Source of the DNA: an uncultured Candidatus Rokubacteria bacterium
Lineage (GTDB): Bacteria; Methylomirabilota; Methylomirabilia; Rokubacteriales; DASRDR01
Length of the DNA stretch: 64,000 bases
NCBI GenBank assembly: GCA_963805625.1
Contig: CAWDVE010000016.1
Location: forward strand, 384,001-448,000
Direction: 5' to 3'
Below the pieces are notes generated by a model. That model was not told where the DNA came from. It saw only the letters and a program-made list of their open reading frames with translations, and did not search any database. A program made the translations under genes and the position numbers. Below, piece by piece: positions 37,453 to 47,105 of this stretch. How positions within the stretch are numbered: position 1 is the first letter of the stretch; the number at the start of each line of letters is the position of its first letter.

Positions 37453-38874
37453 GTGGACGACCGGATCCTCGAGTTCATCGGCGACCTCAGACGGGCGGAG
37501 GTGCGCGTCTCGACCACCGAGGCGCTCGACGCGCTCCAGGCCGCCCAGGCGGTCGGGCTTCATGACCGCGACGACTTCCGTCACGCGCTCGCCGCGACCC
37601 TCGTCAAGGAGACGCGCGACCTCGTCACGTTCGAACGGATCTTCGACCTCTACTTCTTCGACCTGAAGGGGCTCGGGGCGGAGGCCGCCAAGGCCCTCGG
37701 TCGCGAGGATCCGTGGGCGCGGGCGCTCCTCGAGCGTCTGCTCGAGCAGGACAGCGACCTCGATGTGGACCCCCTGGCGGAGATGCTGCTCCTGTCCGAT
37801 GCGTCCTCACTCGAGCTGGCGGTGCGACAGGGCGGGCGGGGCATCGGGCTCGAGCGCCTCTTCTACTTCCTCCAGGTCGGCTACTTCACCCGCAAGATCT
37901 GGGATCAGTTCCCGTGGCAGGAGATCGAGGCGGATCTCGAGGCCCTGCTGCGCGCCGCGGAAGAGCAGGGGATGGACCCGGGCGCGCTCGCTCGTCTCCG
38001 CACCTACATGGAGCTCCGGCTCGAGGCGTTCCGGCGGCTCGTCCGCCAGCACGTCGAGCGGGAGCTGGCGCGCCGGGGACACGGCCAGGCCGACCGCCTC
38101 CGGCGGGACCTCCTGGCCGAGAAGCCGCTCTTCACGCTGTCGGCCGACGAGGTCGCCCAGATGCAGGCCGTGGTCGCCCGGCTCGCCCGGCGGATCAAGG
38201 ATGCGCTCGCCCTCCGGCAGCGGCGGGAGCAGCAGGGCAAGCTCCACATGCAGCGCACCCTGCGCGCGAGCCTCCCGTACGGCGGGGTACCGATCGAGCT
38301 CCGGTGGCGCCGCCGGCGCCGGGAGAAGCCGCGTCTGGTCACGCTCTGCGACGTGTCCGACTCCGTGCGGAACGCCTCGCGCTTCATGCTCCAGCTCGTC
38401 TGGAACCTGCAGGAATGCTTCTCCAAGGTGCAGAGCTTCGCCTTCGTCTCGGAGATCGCCGAGGTGTCCGAGTCGTTCCGGACGCTCCCCGTGGAGCGCG
38501 CCGTCGAGTACGCGCTCGGGCACGCGCCGATCGACTACCATAGCCGCTCGGACTTCGGCTACGCGTTCGCGCGGTTCTGCCGGGAGTCGCTCGATCGGCT
38601 CGACCGGAAGACGACACTCCTGATCCTGGGGGACGCGCGAAACAACTACAACGACCCGCAGGCCTGGGCGCTCCGGCTCATGCGCGAGCGCGTGAAGGGG
38701 ATCATCTGGCTGAACCCCGAGGGGCAGTGGGGGTGGGGGGTGGGCGACTCCGTGATGCCGCTCTACGCGCCCCACTGCGACCTCGTGCGCGAGTGCCGCA
38801 CGCTCACCCAGCTGGCGGAGGTCGTCGACGGCCTCGTCCAGGGGTGGTGGCGCCGCCGCGGCGCCGTGCGGTAG
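37453..38874 (+). CDS. CoxE-like VWA domain protein
   Basis: MIDAS-like CDVSDSV, ILGDARNNY, WLNPE. Confidence 0.88.
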   Translation: MDDRILEFIGDLRRAEVRVSTTEALDALQAAQAVGLHDRDDFRHALAATLVKETRDLVTFERIFDLYFFDLKGLGAEAAKALGREDPWARALLERLLEQDSDLDVDPLAEMLLLSDASSLELAVRQGGRGIGLERLFYFLQVGYFTRKIWDQFPWQEIEADLEALLRAAEEQGMDPGALARLRTYMELRLEAFRRLVRQHVERELARRGHGQADRLRRDLLAEKPLFTLSADEVAQMQAVVARLARRIKDALALRQRREQQGKLHMQRTLRASLPYGGVPIELRWRRRRREKPRLVTLCDVSDSVRNASRFMLQLVWNLQECFSKVQSFAFVSEIAEVSESFRTLPVERAVEYALGHAPIDYHSRSDFGYAFARFCRESLDRLDRKTTLLILGDARNNYNDPQAWALRLMRERVKGIIWLNPEGQWGWGVGDSVMPLYAPHCDLVRECRTLTQLAEVVDGLVQGWWRRRGAVR

Positions 38875-38895
38875 CCACCTCTGCCGCTCCCGCGC

Positions 38896-40005
38896 TCAGC
38901 GCAGGACGGCGATCTTGCGACGCTCGATCAACTCGGAGTCGATCCGGGCCCCGAGTCCCGGGCCCCTCGGGGCGTGGACGAGGCCCTGGCCGTCGACCTC
39001 GACGTCCTCGACCAGCCCGTACTTCTGGGCGCCGGCGGGCAGCAGCACCTCGAAGAACTCACAGTTCCGGATCGCCATGATGACGTGGAGGTTCGCCACA
39101 TTGTTGAGCGAGTTGCCGCCGTGGTGCACCTCGTAGTTCATGTGGAAGGCTTCCGCGAGGTGGGCGGCCTTGACGCACGCCGTGATCCCGCCCTTGACCG
39201 CCACGTCGCCCCGGAGGAAGTCCGTCGCCCGCGCGAGGAGCCACGGGGCGTAGGCGGTGAAGCCGCCCGGCGAGTACTCGGTGGCGAGGATGGGGATGCG
39301 GAGGTGCTGCTTGAGTTTGACGTAACTGTAGAGATCGTCGTCGGCGAGCGGATCCTCGTACCAGTGGTACCCGAGCGCCTCGATGGCCTCGCCGACCCTG
39401 AGCGCAGTCGGGTAGTCGTAGGCCCAGCTCCCGTCCAGCATCACCGTGAACCCGTCCCCGACCGCACGACGTACGGCGCGGCACACCGCGATGTCCGTCG
39501 CTGGATCAGTCGGCGGATGGATCTTGTACGCGGTCCAGCCGTCGGCCTTGAAGCGTTCGGCCTCGTCGCCGTAGGCCTCGGGTGAACTGAGCACGGCGGA
39601 ACTGGCGTACGCGCGGACGCGGTCGCGGTACGAGCCGAGCAGGCGATGGACCGGCAGCCCCGCGATCTTGCCGGCAAGGTCCCAGAGCGCCACGTCCACG
39701 GCGCCGATGGCCCGCGCCGTGGTCGACCGGCTCCGCTGCCAGAGGGCGTGGTAGAGCCGCTCGCGCTCGAGCGGATCCTGGCCCAAGACGACGGGCTTCA
39801 GCACCTCGACCAGGGAGACCGCGTCGAGGTGCGCGCCGCGCATCGCGGAGCCCAGGAAGGCCTGCCCCTCGACACCGTCATCCGTCGCGAGCGTGAGAAG
39901 GCCGAGCTGGCTCTCGCCGCCGAACCGGCCGGTGTGACGGCCGTAGGTCGTCGGGGGAATGCCCGGCCAGGCGAACAGCGTGAGTGTGATGTCGGTGATC
40001 TTCAT
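38896..40005 (-). CDS. Mandelate racemase/muconate lactonizing (enolase superfamily) enzyme
   Basis: AVDVALWDLAGK, YKIH, MLD, WYEDP, PGLG. Confidence 0.88.
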   Translation of the reverse strand: MKITDITLTLFAWPGIPPTTYGRHTGRFGGESQLGLLTLATDDGVEGQAFLGSAMRGAHLDAVSLVEVLKPVVLGQDPLERERLYHALWQRSRSTTARAIGAVDVALWDLAGKIAGLPVHRLLGSYRDRVRAYASSAVLSSPEAYGDEAERFKADGWTAYKIHPPTDPATDIAVCRAVRRAVGDGFTVMLDGSWAYDYPTALRVGEAIEALGYHWYEDPLADDDLYSYVKLKQHLRIPILATEYSPGGFTAYAPWLLARATDFLRGDVAVKGGITACVKAAHLAEAFHMNYEVHHGGNSLNNVANLHVIMAIRNCEFFEVLLPAGAQKYGLVEDVEVDGQGLVHAPRGPGLGARIDSELIERRKIAVLR

Positions 40006-40281
40006 CGCTCGCCTCGGGCTCGGGGTATCGGCGAGCCGGGCACCCGACACACCGCGGGAACGCCCGGCGGCGCCCGGGGAGATCGTACACCGCCCCGATC
40101 CCGCCCGCCGCCGTCCGCTACAATGGCGATGCTGGAGCGCCGTTGTGGCGCCGTTGGCGGTGACGCTCGCCCGTGCTGTTTGCCCTCGAGACTCTAGAGT
40201 ATCGAGGGAGGGCGGTCAAACCACGGCGGCCCCGCTGGTGCCGGGGGCCCGTTCGGGGAGCATCCGCCCGGCGTGGCTGAC

Positions 40282-40977
40282 TCAGACCGCCAGCAGCGTC
40301 CCGGTCACGTCCGCGGCGGCGTCGCTCGCCAGGAACAGGATCGCTCGCGCCACCGACTCCGGCGTCACCCAGCCGCGCCGGTCCGCGGTCGGCATGGCGC
40401 GCCGGTTCGCCTCGGTGTCCATCGTGCTGGGCAAGACCGCGTTGACGGTGACGCCGCGTCCCCGGACCTCCTCGGCGAGCGCCTGGGTCAGCGCGATCAC
40501 GCCGGTCTTCGCCACGGTGTAGGCGAGAAAGCCCCCGGCGGGCGGGACGACGGAGCGGGACGCGACATTGACGATGCGGCCACGGCCGGCGGTCAGCATC
40601 GCGGGGAGCGCCGCGCGGCAGCAGAGGTAGGCGCTGCGGAGGTTCACGGTGAGCATGGCGTCCCAGGCGCGCTCGTCGGTGGCCAGGAGATCGCCCGCGG
40701 CGAACGCGCCGACAGCGTTCACGAGGGCGTCGAGCCGCCGGTGGCGCGCCGTCACCTCGTCGACGAGCCGGCGGACGCTCTCCCCATCGGTCACGTCGGC
40801 CTGGACTCCGTGGAGGCGTTCCCGAGCCGACAGGGAAGCGCGCCCGGCCAGGGCGTCCCGGTCGCGCGCGTCGCGGTAGGTCACGACGGTCGTCGCACCA
40901 GTCTCGAGGGCGCCGAGCGCGACGGCGACGCCCAGCGCGCCCGTTCCCCCCGTCACGAGCACCACGCGGTCTCGCAT
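40282..40977 (-). CDS. SDR family oxidoreductase
   Basis: TGGTGALG, YTVAK, VNAVLP. Confidence 0.9.
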   Translation of the reverse strand: MRDRVVLVTGGTGALGVAVALGALETGATTVVTYRDARDRDALAGRASLSARERLHGVQADVTDGESVRRLVDEVTARHRRLDALVNAVGAFAAGDLLATDERAWDAMLTVNLRSAYLCCRAALPAMLTAGRGRIVNVASRSVVPPAGGFLAYTVAKTGVIALTQALAEEVRGRGVTVNAVLPSTMDTEANRRAMPTADRRGWVTPESVARAILFLASDAAADVTGTLLAV

Positions 40978-40996
40978 CGCGTCCTCCAGGCGGCAC

Positions 40997-41503
40997 TCAG
41001 GCCGGGAGCCGCCAGAGCGGCGCCGCCGATGGCTCCCCCGTGAGGCGGAACTGCGGAAGGGCCCCGTCGGGGCCGAGGCGCTGGAAGCAGACCTCGACCC
41101 GCGCGCCGATCGCCACGCGCTCCTCCCGCTCGGGCTGGAAGTCGTGGGTCACGAGGTTCGTGACGAGCCGGATCCCGTCGTCGGGCGTCGGCGCCCCGCG
41201 CTGCTCGTCGAGCTCGACCACGACGACCGGATAGGGGGCCCAGTCCCGGAAACCGGGCTGGATCGCCTGAACGACGATCACGTACGAGTGGATCACGCCG
41301 CGCCCGCTCACCGCCGTCCATGTCCAGGCCAGCGAGGCGCACCACGGGCAGCCCGCACCGGGCGGATAGCGGAATCGCCGGCAGTCCGCGCACCTACGGA
41401 TCACGAGCCGCCCTTCCTGCGCGGCCTGGAAGTAGCCGTGCCATTCCGAGTCGGTCTCCGGCACGTTCAGCGCCATGCCGCGGTAGACGACGGGCTCAGG
41501 CAC
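40997..41503 (-). CDS. DUF35 Zn-ribbon/OB-fold protein
   Basis: CADC..RYPP..CPWC, SGRGVIHSY; adjacent to a thiolase-like gene. Confidence 0.88.
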   Translation of the reverse strand: MPEPVVYRGMALNVPETDSEWHGYFQAAQEGRLVIRRCADCRRFRYPPGAGCPWCASLAWTWTAVSGRGVIHSYVIVVQAIQPGFRDWAPYPVVVVELDEQRGAPTPDDGIRLVTNLVTHDFQPEREERVAIGARVEVCFQRLGPDGALPQFRLTGEPSAAPLWRLPA

Positions 41504-42716
41504 GGTGGGACCCGAGGATGAGGGCGCTTCCGGTGGCGGGAGAGGCCCAGCCCATGTTCATGGCGATCCGGGCATCGCGCACCTGGCGGCAGCGCCCCGG
41601 CCGGTAGTCGTACGTGTGGACGCCCTCGCTTCCTCGCGGGCAGTAGTCGTCTACCGTCCCCCGGAGCTGGCGCACGTTCTCGATCACCATGCTCATGCCG
41701 TGGGTATAGCCCTCGCACAGGTGGCCACCGCTGGTGTTGTTCGGCCGCCGGCCGCCGAGCTCGATGGCGCCGCTCGACACGTAGTGGCCGCCGGCCCCTT
41801 GCTCGCAGAACCCGAAGGCCTCGAGCTGGAGCATCGCGGTGAAGGTGAAGGCGTCGTACGCACCGGTCACGTCGACGTCCTCGGGCCCGATCCCGGCGGC
41901 CGGGAAGACGAGCTCCCGGGCGTGGACGCCCGCGACGGTCGTGTAGCGCCCCTGGTAGAAGTAGTCGGGGCGCTCCCGGTTCACGCGCCCGGCGGCGGCC
42001 AGGATGCGGACCGGAGGATGGCGACCGTCCCGGGCCCGGTCGGCCGAGGTGACGACGAGCGCCGTCGCGTTGTCCGTCTCGAGGCAGCAGTCGAGGAGGT
42101 GGAGGGGCTTGACCACCCAGCGTGACGCGAGGACCTCCTCCACGCTCACGGGCGTCCTGACGAGGGCCTTGGGATTTGCCGCCGCATGCCGGGAGTGCGC
42201 GGCCTTGACGTGGGCCACCTGGGCCGAGGTCGTCCCGTACTCGAACATGTGGCGCATGAAGACCGGGGCGAAGCGTTGGCCGGCGCTCAGCATACCATAG
42301 GGCCGGTCGGCCAGCTCGAGGCCCCGCACCGGCGTCGCCGCGCGGGCGCCGGTGCCACCGATCCGGAACTCGCTGTATCCGTTCATCGCCCGGAAGATCA
42401 CGACAGCGCGGCAGAGCCCGATCTCGAGGAGGCCCATGGCGTAGGCCACGAGCCCCTCCGTGCTGCTCCCGCCGCCGATGACGTCGGCGTACGTGTTGAG
42501 GCGGATCCCGAGGTCGGCGGCGATGGCGACGGACGGCGTGGAGTCGTTCGAGTGATACGAGAGCATGCCGTCGATGTCGCGGGGGCTGAGCCCGGCGTCC
42601 ATGATGGCGAGACGCACCGCCTCGACACCCAGCGCCCGGGTCGACCGGCCGGACGCGCGGCTGTACTCCGTCTCGCCGACGCCCACGATGGCGTGACGTC
42701 CGCGGAGGTCGCGCAC
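41496..42716 (-). CDS. Thiolase-like (SCP2/Ltp2-type) protein
   Basis: AIVGVGET, LLDCCLETD, YDAFT, NTSGGHLCEGY; GGGSS at the usual Cys position. Confidence 0.85.
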   Translation of the reverse strand: MRDLRGRHAIVGVGETEYSRASGRSTRALGVEAVRLAIMDAGLSPRDIDGMLSYHSNDSTPSVAIAADLGIRLNTYADVIGGGSSTEGLVAYAMGLLEIGLCRAVVIFRAMNGYSEFRIGGTGARAATPVRGLELADRPYGMLSAGQRFAPVFMRHMFEYGTTSAQVAHVKAAHSRHAAANPKALVRTPVSVEEVLASRWVVKPLHLLDCCLETDNATALVVTSADRARDGRHPPVRILAAAGRVNRERPDYFYQGRYTTVAGVHARELVFPAAGIGPEDVDVTGAYDAFTFTAMLQLEAFGFCEQGAGGHYVSSGAIELGGRRPNNTSGGHLCEGYTHGMSMVIENVRQLRGTVDDYCPRGSEGVHTYDYRPGRCRQVRDARIAMNMGWASPATGSALILGSHRA

Positions 42717-42749
42717 GTCAGGCCGCGCCGGAGGCCCGCTGGCGCACGG

Positions 42750-44480
42750 TCAGCGCCGGAAGAGGTCGAACGCCTGGACCCGCCGGGCGCGGGCCAGGGC
42801 GTTGGGTGACCGATCGGCCAGGATATTTGCGAGGTGCTCGGCGCTCAGCACCGACGGCACCATCACGTAGTCGGCGCCGGCGACGTAGAGCTCCCGCGCG
42901 CCCTCGGCCGTGTCGCCGGTCACGATGATGCGAGCGGTCGGCGCGAGCGAGCGCACCAGGCGCAGGATCTGCAGGTTGCTCGTGCCCTTGAGGAACCAGT
43001 CGGAGATCCCGGAGATCACGATGGCGGCCCGCCCGATGCCCGCGTGCTCGAGCGTCGCCATGTTGGCGATGTCACCGTAGTGATGCTCGACGCCCTCGGT
43101 GCGGAGCCGCTCCAGCATCTCCGGGTTGAAGTCGACCGCCACGATCCGGTCCTTCAGGGCGGGCGCCGTGCGGGCGACGTGTTGCACGAACGCGAGCCCT
43201 TCGCGCGACACGCCCAGCAGGAAGACGTCGCGGCCCGACTCCTCGTCCTTCTCCGCGCCCGACTCGGCGGCTCCACCGGCGGGTGCCGCGGGCGCGACCC
43301 CGAACCACCGCCGGAGGCCCAGCGCGCTCAGCAGGCCCGCCAGCCACGTCGCGATCGCGTGGTTGTAGAGGATCCCGTAGGTCGAGATGACCGCGGTCAG
43401 GAGCACCGTGTACAGGATCATCGAGTTCGCCGCCGGACTGATGTGCTTGTAGGTCACGCCGAGCGAGAAGATGACGAGCGCGAACTCGCTGATCTGCGCC
43501 AGGTTGATTGCCACCACGCCGGCCGTCCGCGTGTCGAGCCGCAGGAACGCGAAGAGCGGGTACATGGCGAGGAACCGGCTCAGGACGACGAACACAACCC
43601 CGCCGAGCGCCGCCAGCACGGCGGGCCCCGACGGCTCCGGGATCTTGAGGCCGAGCGCCACGAAGAAGAGGGTGAGGAAGAAGTCCCGGACGCCACCCAC
43701 CCGCGAGATGACCTCGGTGCCGTACGGATAGGACGCGATGACGACCCCCGCGATCAGGGCGCCCATCTCCTTCGAAAGACCCGCCCATCCCGCGACCCCG
43801 GCCACCAGGAAGCACCACGCCATCGCGCTGACCACCACGAGCTCGGAGGACTTCGCGATGACGCGAAAGTAGGCGGGCAGGACGAAGCGCGCCATGAGCC
43901 AGGCCCCGCCCACGAGGCCCACGCCGGCCACCAGCGAGCGCAGCAGGAGCATCGCCTGCAGGTTCTGAAGGTTGGGCTGGATGGCCAAAAAGGCGATGGC
44001 GTAGAGATCCTGGAAGATCAGCACTCCCAGCGTGACCCGCCCGCCGAAGGTGCTCAGCTCGAACTTGTCGGACAGAAGCTTCACCACGATGAGCGTCGAC
44101 GACAGCGCGCTCGCGAAGGCGAGGTAGAGGCGGTCGAACTGGCCGCCGGTCGACGCCACGACGGGGCCGAGCACCAGCCAGGCCAGCCCGGCGCAGATCG
44201 GGACCTGGAGGAGGCCCGTGGCCGTGATCGCGCGACCGGCTTGCAGGAGGCGGGGGAGGCTGATCTCGAGGCCGATCAGGAACAGGAGCAGGATCAGCCC
44301 GATCTCGGCGATCAGCTCGATGCTCGCCTCGTCCGCAACCACATGGAAGCCGACGTGGGGGCCGAGGACGGCGCCCGCCAGGATGTAGCCGAGGATCAGC
44401 GGCTGGTTCAGGCGGCGCGCGAGGAAGGCAAGGATGGCGGCAACGATGATGCTGAAGCCGATCGAGGTCAGCAGGTCCAT
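42750..44480 (-). CDS. CPA2 cation:proton antiporter (KefC-like) with TrkA-N-like domain
   Basis: GYILAG, LFLIGLE, LIFQD, QISEF, HYGD. Confidence 0.88.
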   Translation of the reverse strand: MDLLTSIGFSIIVAAILAFLARRLNQPLILGYILAGAVLGPHVGFHVVADEASIELIAEIGLILLLFLIGLEISLPRLLQAGRAITATGLLQVPICAGLAWLVLGPVVASTGGQFDRLYLAFASALSSTLIVVKLLSDKFELSTFGGRVTLGVLIFQDLYAIAFLAIQPNLQNLQAMLLLRSLVAGVGLVGGAWLMARFVLPAYFRVIAKSSELVVVSAMAWCFLVAGVAGWAGLSKEMGALIAGVVIASYPYGTEVISRVGGVRDFFLTLFFVALGLKIPEPSGPAVLAALGGVVFVVLSRFLAMYPLFAFLRLDTRTAGVVAINLAQISEFALVIFSLGVTYKHISPAANSMILYTVLLTAVISTYGILYNHAIATWLAGLLSALGLRRWFGVAPAAPAGGAAESGAEKDEESGRDVFLLGVSREGLAFVQHVARTAPALKDRIVAVDFNPEMLERLRTEGVEHHYGDIANMATLEHAGIGRAAIVISGISDWFLKGTSNLQILRLVRSLAPTARIIVTGDTAEGARELYVAGADYVMVPSVLSAEHLANILADRSPNALARARRVQAFDLFRR

Positions 44481-44584
44481 GAGGCTCCGTCAGTATAGCA
44501 TCGCGCTTTTTGCGGATTTCGGCGGCGCGACGGTGCCGATGATGGAACCGATGCCAGTAAGAGCATCGTGAGGCCTGCCTCCGT

Positions 44585-46537
44585 TCATCGAGGATCGTCC
44601 TCCGCGGCGCTGGCCGTGACCAGCGCGTCGATCTGGGCGGGGAGCCCGAACACCCGCAGACGGTCGCCCGCCCGCAGGATGGTGTTGGCCGGCGGGTTGA
44701 CAACGAGGGAGCCGTCGAGGCGCGTGGTCGCCACGACGGTCACGCCGAAGCGCTCCCGGATGTGGGTGTCGCGCAGCGTGACGCCATCGAGGAGCCCTGC
44801 GGGGAGCTGCACCTCGCGCACCTCCGGGAGGCCAGGCTCGGACCCCGGGTGCGGCGGGCTGCCGGCACTCATCGCCTCGCGGAATCGCTCGAGGTACACG
44901 GTGAGCCGCTCGTCCGGCAGCGCGAGATGGTGGAGGGCGTGCCGGATGAACGTGGCCGCCGCCTCCAGCTCGGGCTCGACGACGACCGTGGCGCCGGCCG
45001 CGCGCAGCGCGTCTCCGATGGCGCGGCGGTGCGCGCGGGCGAGGACCGGCACACGCGGGTTGATTGCCCGGACGCGCGCCACGGCCAGCCGGGCATGGTC
45101 GGCGTCCGGGACGGTCATCACGACCAGCGCGGCATCGGCGGCCCCGGCCGCCCCCAGGAGGTGCGGGTGGGCGGCGTCGCCGTAGAGGCATGGCACTCCG
45201 CGGGCGCGCAGCGCGCGCACGACGTCCGGATCGGTCTCCACGGCCACGTAGCGAATGCCGAACGTCTCCAGGGCCTCGCCGACCGCGCTGCCGATCCGCC
45301 CGAACCCGCACAGGACCACGTGGGCGGCCCCGCCGTCCCGCGGGCCGTCGATCTGGCCCAGCGCGCGGTCCGGGGCCGCGCGGCTCAGCCAGCGCGGCGC
45401 GAACCGGACCAGGGCGGCGTTGGCGAGGATCGTCACGAGCGCGGTCGCCAGGGTGGCGTTGTAGACGTCGGCGCCGACCAGCCCGGCGTCGCGGGCGGCC
45501 TGGACGAGGATGAACGAGAACTCACCGATCTGCGTGAGGCCGACGCCGACCAGGAGCGCCGTCCACAGGGAATAGCCGAAGAGCGCGACGACCCCCGTCC
45601 AGAGGATCAGCTTGCCCACGAGCACGAGCCCGATCATGACGGCCAGCAACGGCAGGTTGGACAGGGCGACGCGCGGATCGATGAGAGCGCCGAGAGTGAC
45701 GAAGAAGAGGGCGACGAAGGCATCCCGGAGGGGCAGCACCCGAGCAAGCGTCTCGTGCGCGTAGTCCGATTCGCTCACGAGCAGCCCGGCCAGGAATGCG
45801 CCGAGCGCCAGCGACAGCCCGGCCGCCTGGGTGAGCGCGGCGGTCCCGATCGCGATCGCCAGCACGACGAGAAGGAACAGCTCGGGGCTCCGCGTGCGCG
45901 CCACCCAGGTGAGCACGCGCGGCATCACGCGTGACGCGAGCAGCCAGAACGGCACCAGGATGGCACCGGCCCGGAGCAGGGCGAGGCCGACCGCGCCGAG
46001 GCCCTCTGTCCCTGGCGCGGCCAGCGCGGGCATCAGCACGATCAGGATCACGACGGCGAGGTCCTCGACGAGGGTGATCCCGATCATCACGCGGCCGTGG
46101 CGCGTGTGCAGCTCGCCCCGGTCGATCAGGAGCCGGGCCAGGACCATCGTGCTCGCGACGGAGATCAGGATGCCGACGACCAGCCCCTGGCTTGGCGGCC
46201 ATCCGAGAGCCCAACCCGCGGCCAGGCCGAGGCCGATCGACAGGAGAATGCCGATCGGCGCGCCCAGCAGGGCGACACGCCGGACCTGGAGCAGGTCGCG
46301 AAGGGAAAACTCGAGCCCGATCGAGAACATCAGAAGGACGACCCCGATCTCGGCGAACAGCTCGAACGTGTGCAGGTCGGACACCGAGGGCCCGGGCGTG
46401 AGGGGGCTGACCAGGATCCCCCCGAGGACGTAGCCGAGGATCAGAGGCTGGCGCGTGAGCCAGGCCAGACCGCCGCCGAGGACGGCGGCGGCGAACACGT
46501 AGGCCAGGTCACGGAATACCAGCGGCTCGGTCACCAC
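44585..46537 (-). CDS. CPA2 cation:proton antiporter (YbaL/RosB-like) with TrkA-N and TrkA-C domains
   Basis: LMFSIGLEFS, LVEDL, QIGEFSF, CGFGRIG, NPPANTILRAGD. Confidence 0.9.
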   Translation of the reverse strand: MVTEPLVFRDLAYVFAAAVLGGGLAWLTRQPLILGYVLGGILVSPLTPGPSVSDLHTFELFAEIGVVLLMFSIGLEFSLRDLLQVRRVALLGAPIGILLSIGLGLAAGWALGWPPSQGLVVGILISVASTMVLARLLIDRGELHTRHGRVMIGITLVEDLAVVILIVLMPALAAPGTEGLGAVGLALLRAGAILVPFWLLASRVMPRVLTWVARTRSPELFLLVVLAIAIGTAALTQAAGLSLALGAFLAGLLVSESDYAHETLARVLPLRDAFVALFFVTLGALIDPRVALSNLPLLAVMIGLVLVGKLILWTGVVALFGYSLWTALLVGVGLTQIGEFSFILVQAARDAGLVGADVYNATLATALVTILANAALVRFAPRWLSRAAPDRALGQIDGPRDGGAAHVVLCGFGRIGSAVGEALETFGIRYVAVETDPDVVRALRARGVPCLYGDAAHPHLLGAAGAADAALVVMTVPDADHARLAVARVRAINPRVPVLARAHRRAIGDALRAAGATVVVEPELEAAATFIRHALHHLALPDERLTVYLERFREAMSAGSPPHPGSEPGLPEVREVQLPAGLLDGVTLRDTHIRERFGVTVVATTRLDGSLVVNPPANTILRAGDRLRVFGLPAQIDALVTASAAEDDPR

Positions 46538-46652
46538 GGTCGAGCTCCCTCATCGAAAGGTGCCGGCTCCGGGCGGGAGTCCTGCCCTCGTCGGATGCCG
46601 ATGCGAGACTTGACGGACGCGCGACCCGCCGGGTCGCACGGAGGGACGCGGG

Positions 46653-46967
46653 CTAGTGGTCCTCGGCGGCGCTCGTCGCGCCCCGGAGCGTGTCGATCGA
46701 ACCGCGCGGGCGACCCGCTGCCGACCGGGGGGATGAGCGGTCGAAGCTCTCCGTCGTTGGGCGCGGCGGCGTCAAGGCGACCTCGGCGAAGCGCGCCGGT
46801 TCGGGCGGCCGGGGCAGGGTGCGGGTGGGCCGCTCGTCGGTCCGGGAGCGCTCGGCCCTCAGCGCGTGAACCGACTCCTCCTCACCGAAGCGGACGACAC
46901 CCGGCAAGAGGGGATTGGAGAAGTCGATGCCGAGACACGTGAGGAGAGCCAGGGTGAGCGCCCACAC
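46653..46967 (-). CDS. Small hypothetical protein
   Basis: Hydrophobic N-terminus then DFSNPLLPGVVRF; fills an intergenic gap; TACAGT just upstream of the GTG. Confidence 0.35.
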   Translation of the reverse strand: MWALTLALLTCLGIDFSNPLLPGVVRFGEEESVHALRAERSRTDERPTRTLPRPPEPARFAEVALTPPRPTTESFDRSSPRSAAGRPRGSIDTLRGATSAAEDH

Positions 46968-47105
46968 GCGAATACTGTATCCCGGGTCGCGGGCGACGGA
47001 AAGCGTCCTTCCACCCGGGTGCCACCCGCTGGCCACCGCTGGCGATGCCGCGAGCGACCCCGCTGGCGATCCAGCCGGGCCGTGGTGGAGACTGCCACGG
47101 CCCGG

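Noticed and set aside
35098-37584. 828-aa minus-strand ORF and many similar Arg/Pro/Gly-rich overlapping ORFs
   Set aside because: They overlap well-supported genes in other frames or strands and carry no recognisable motifs.
40282-42716. Novel thiolase/DUF35/SDR biosynthetic module
   Set aside because: Thiolase-like plus DUF35 pairs are a common, well-described acyl-CoA catabolic arrangement, and nothing unusual is seen here.
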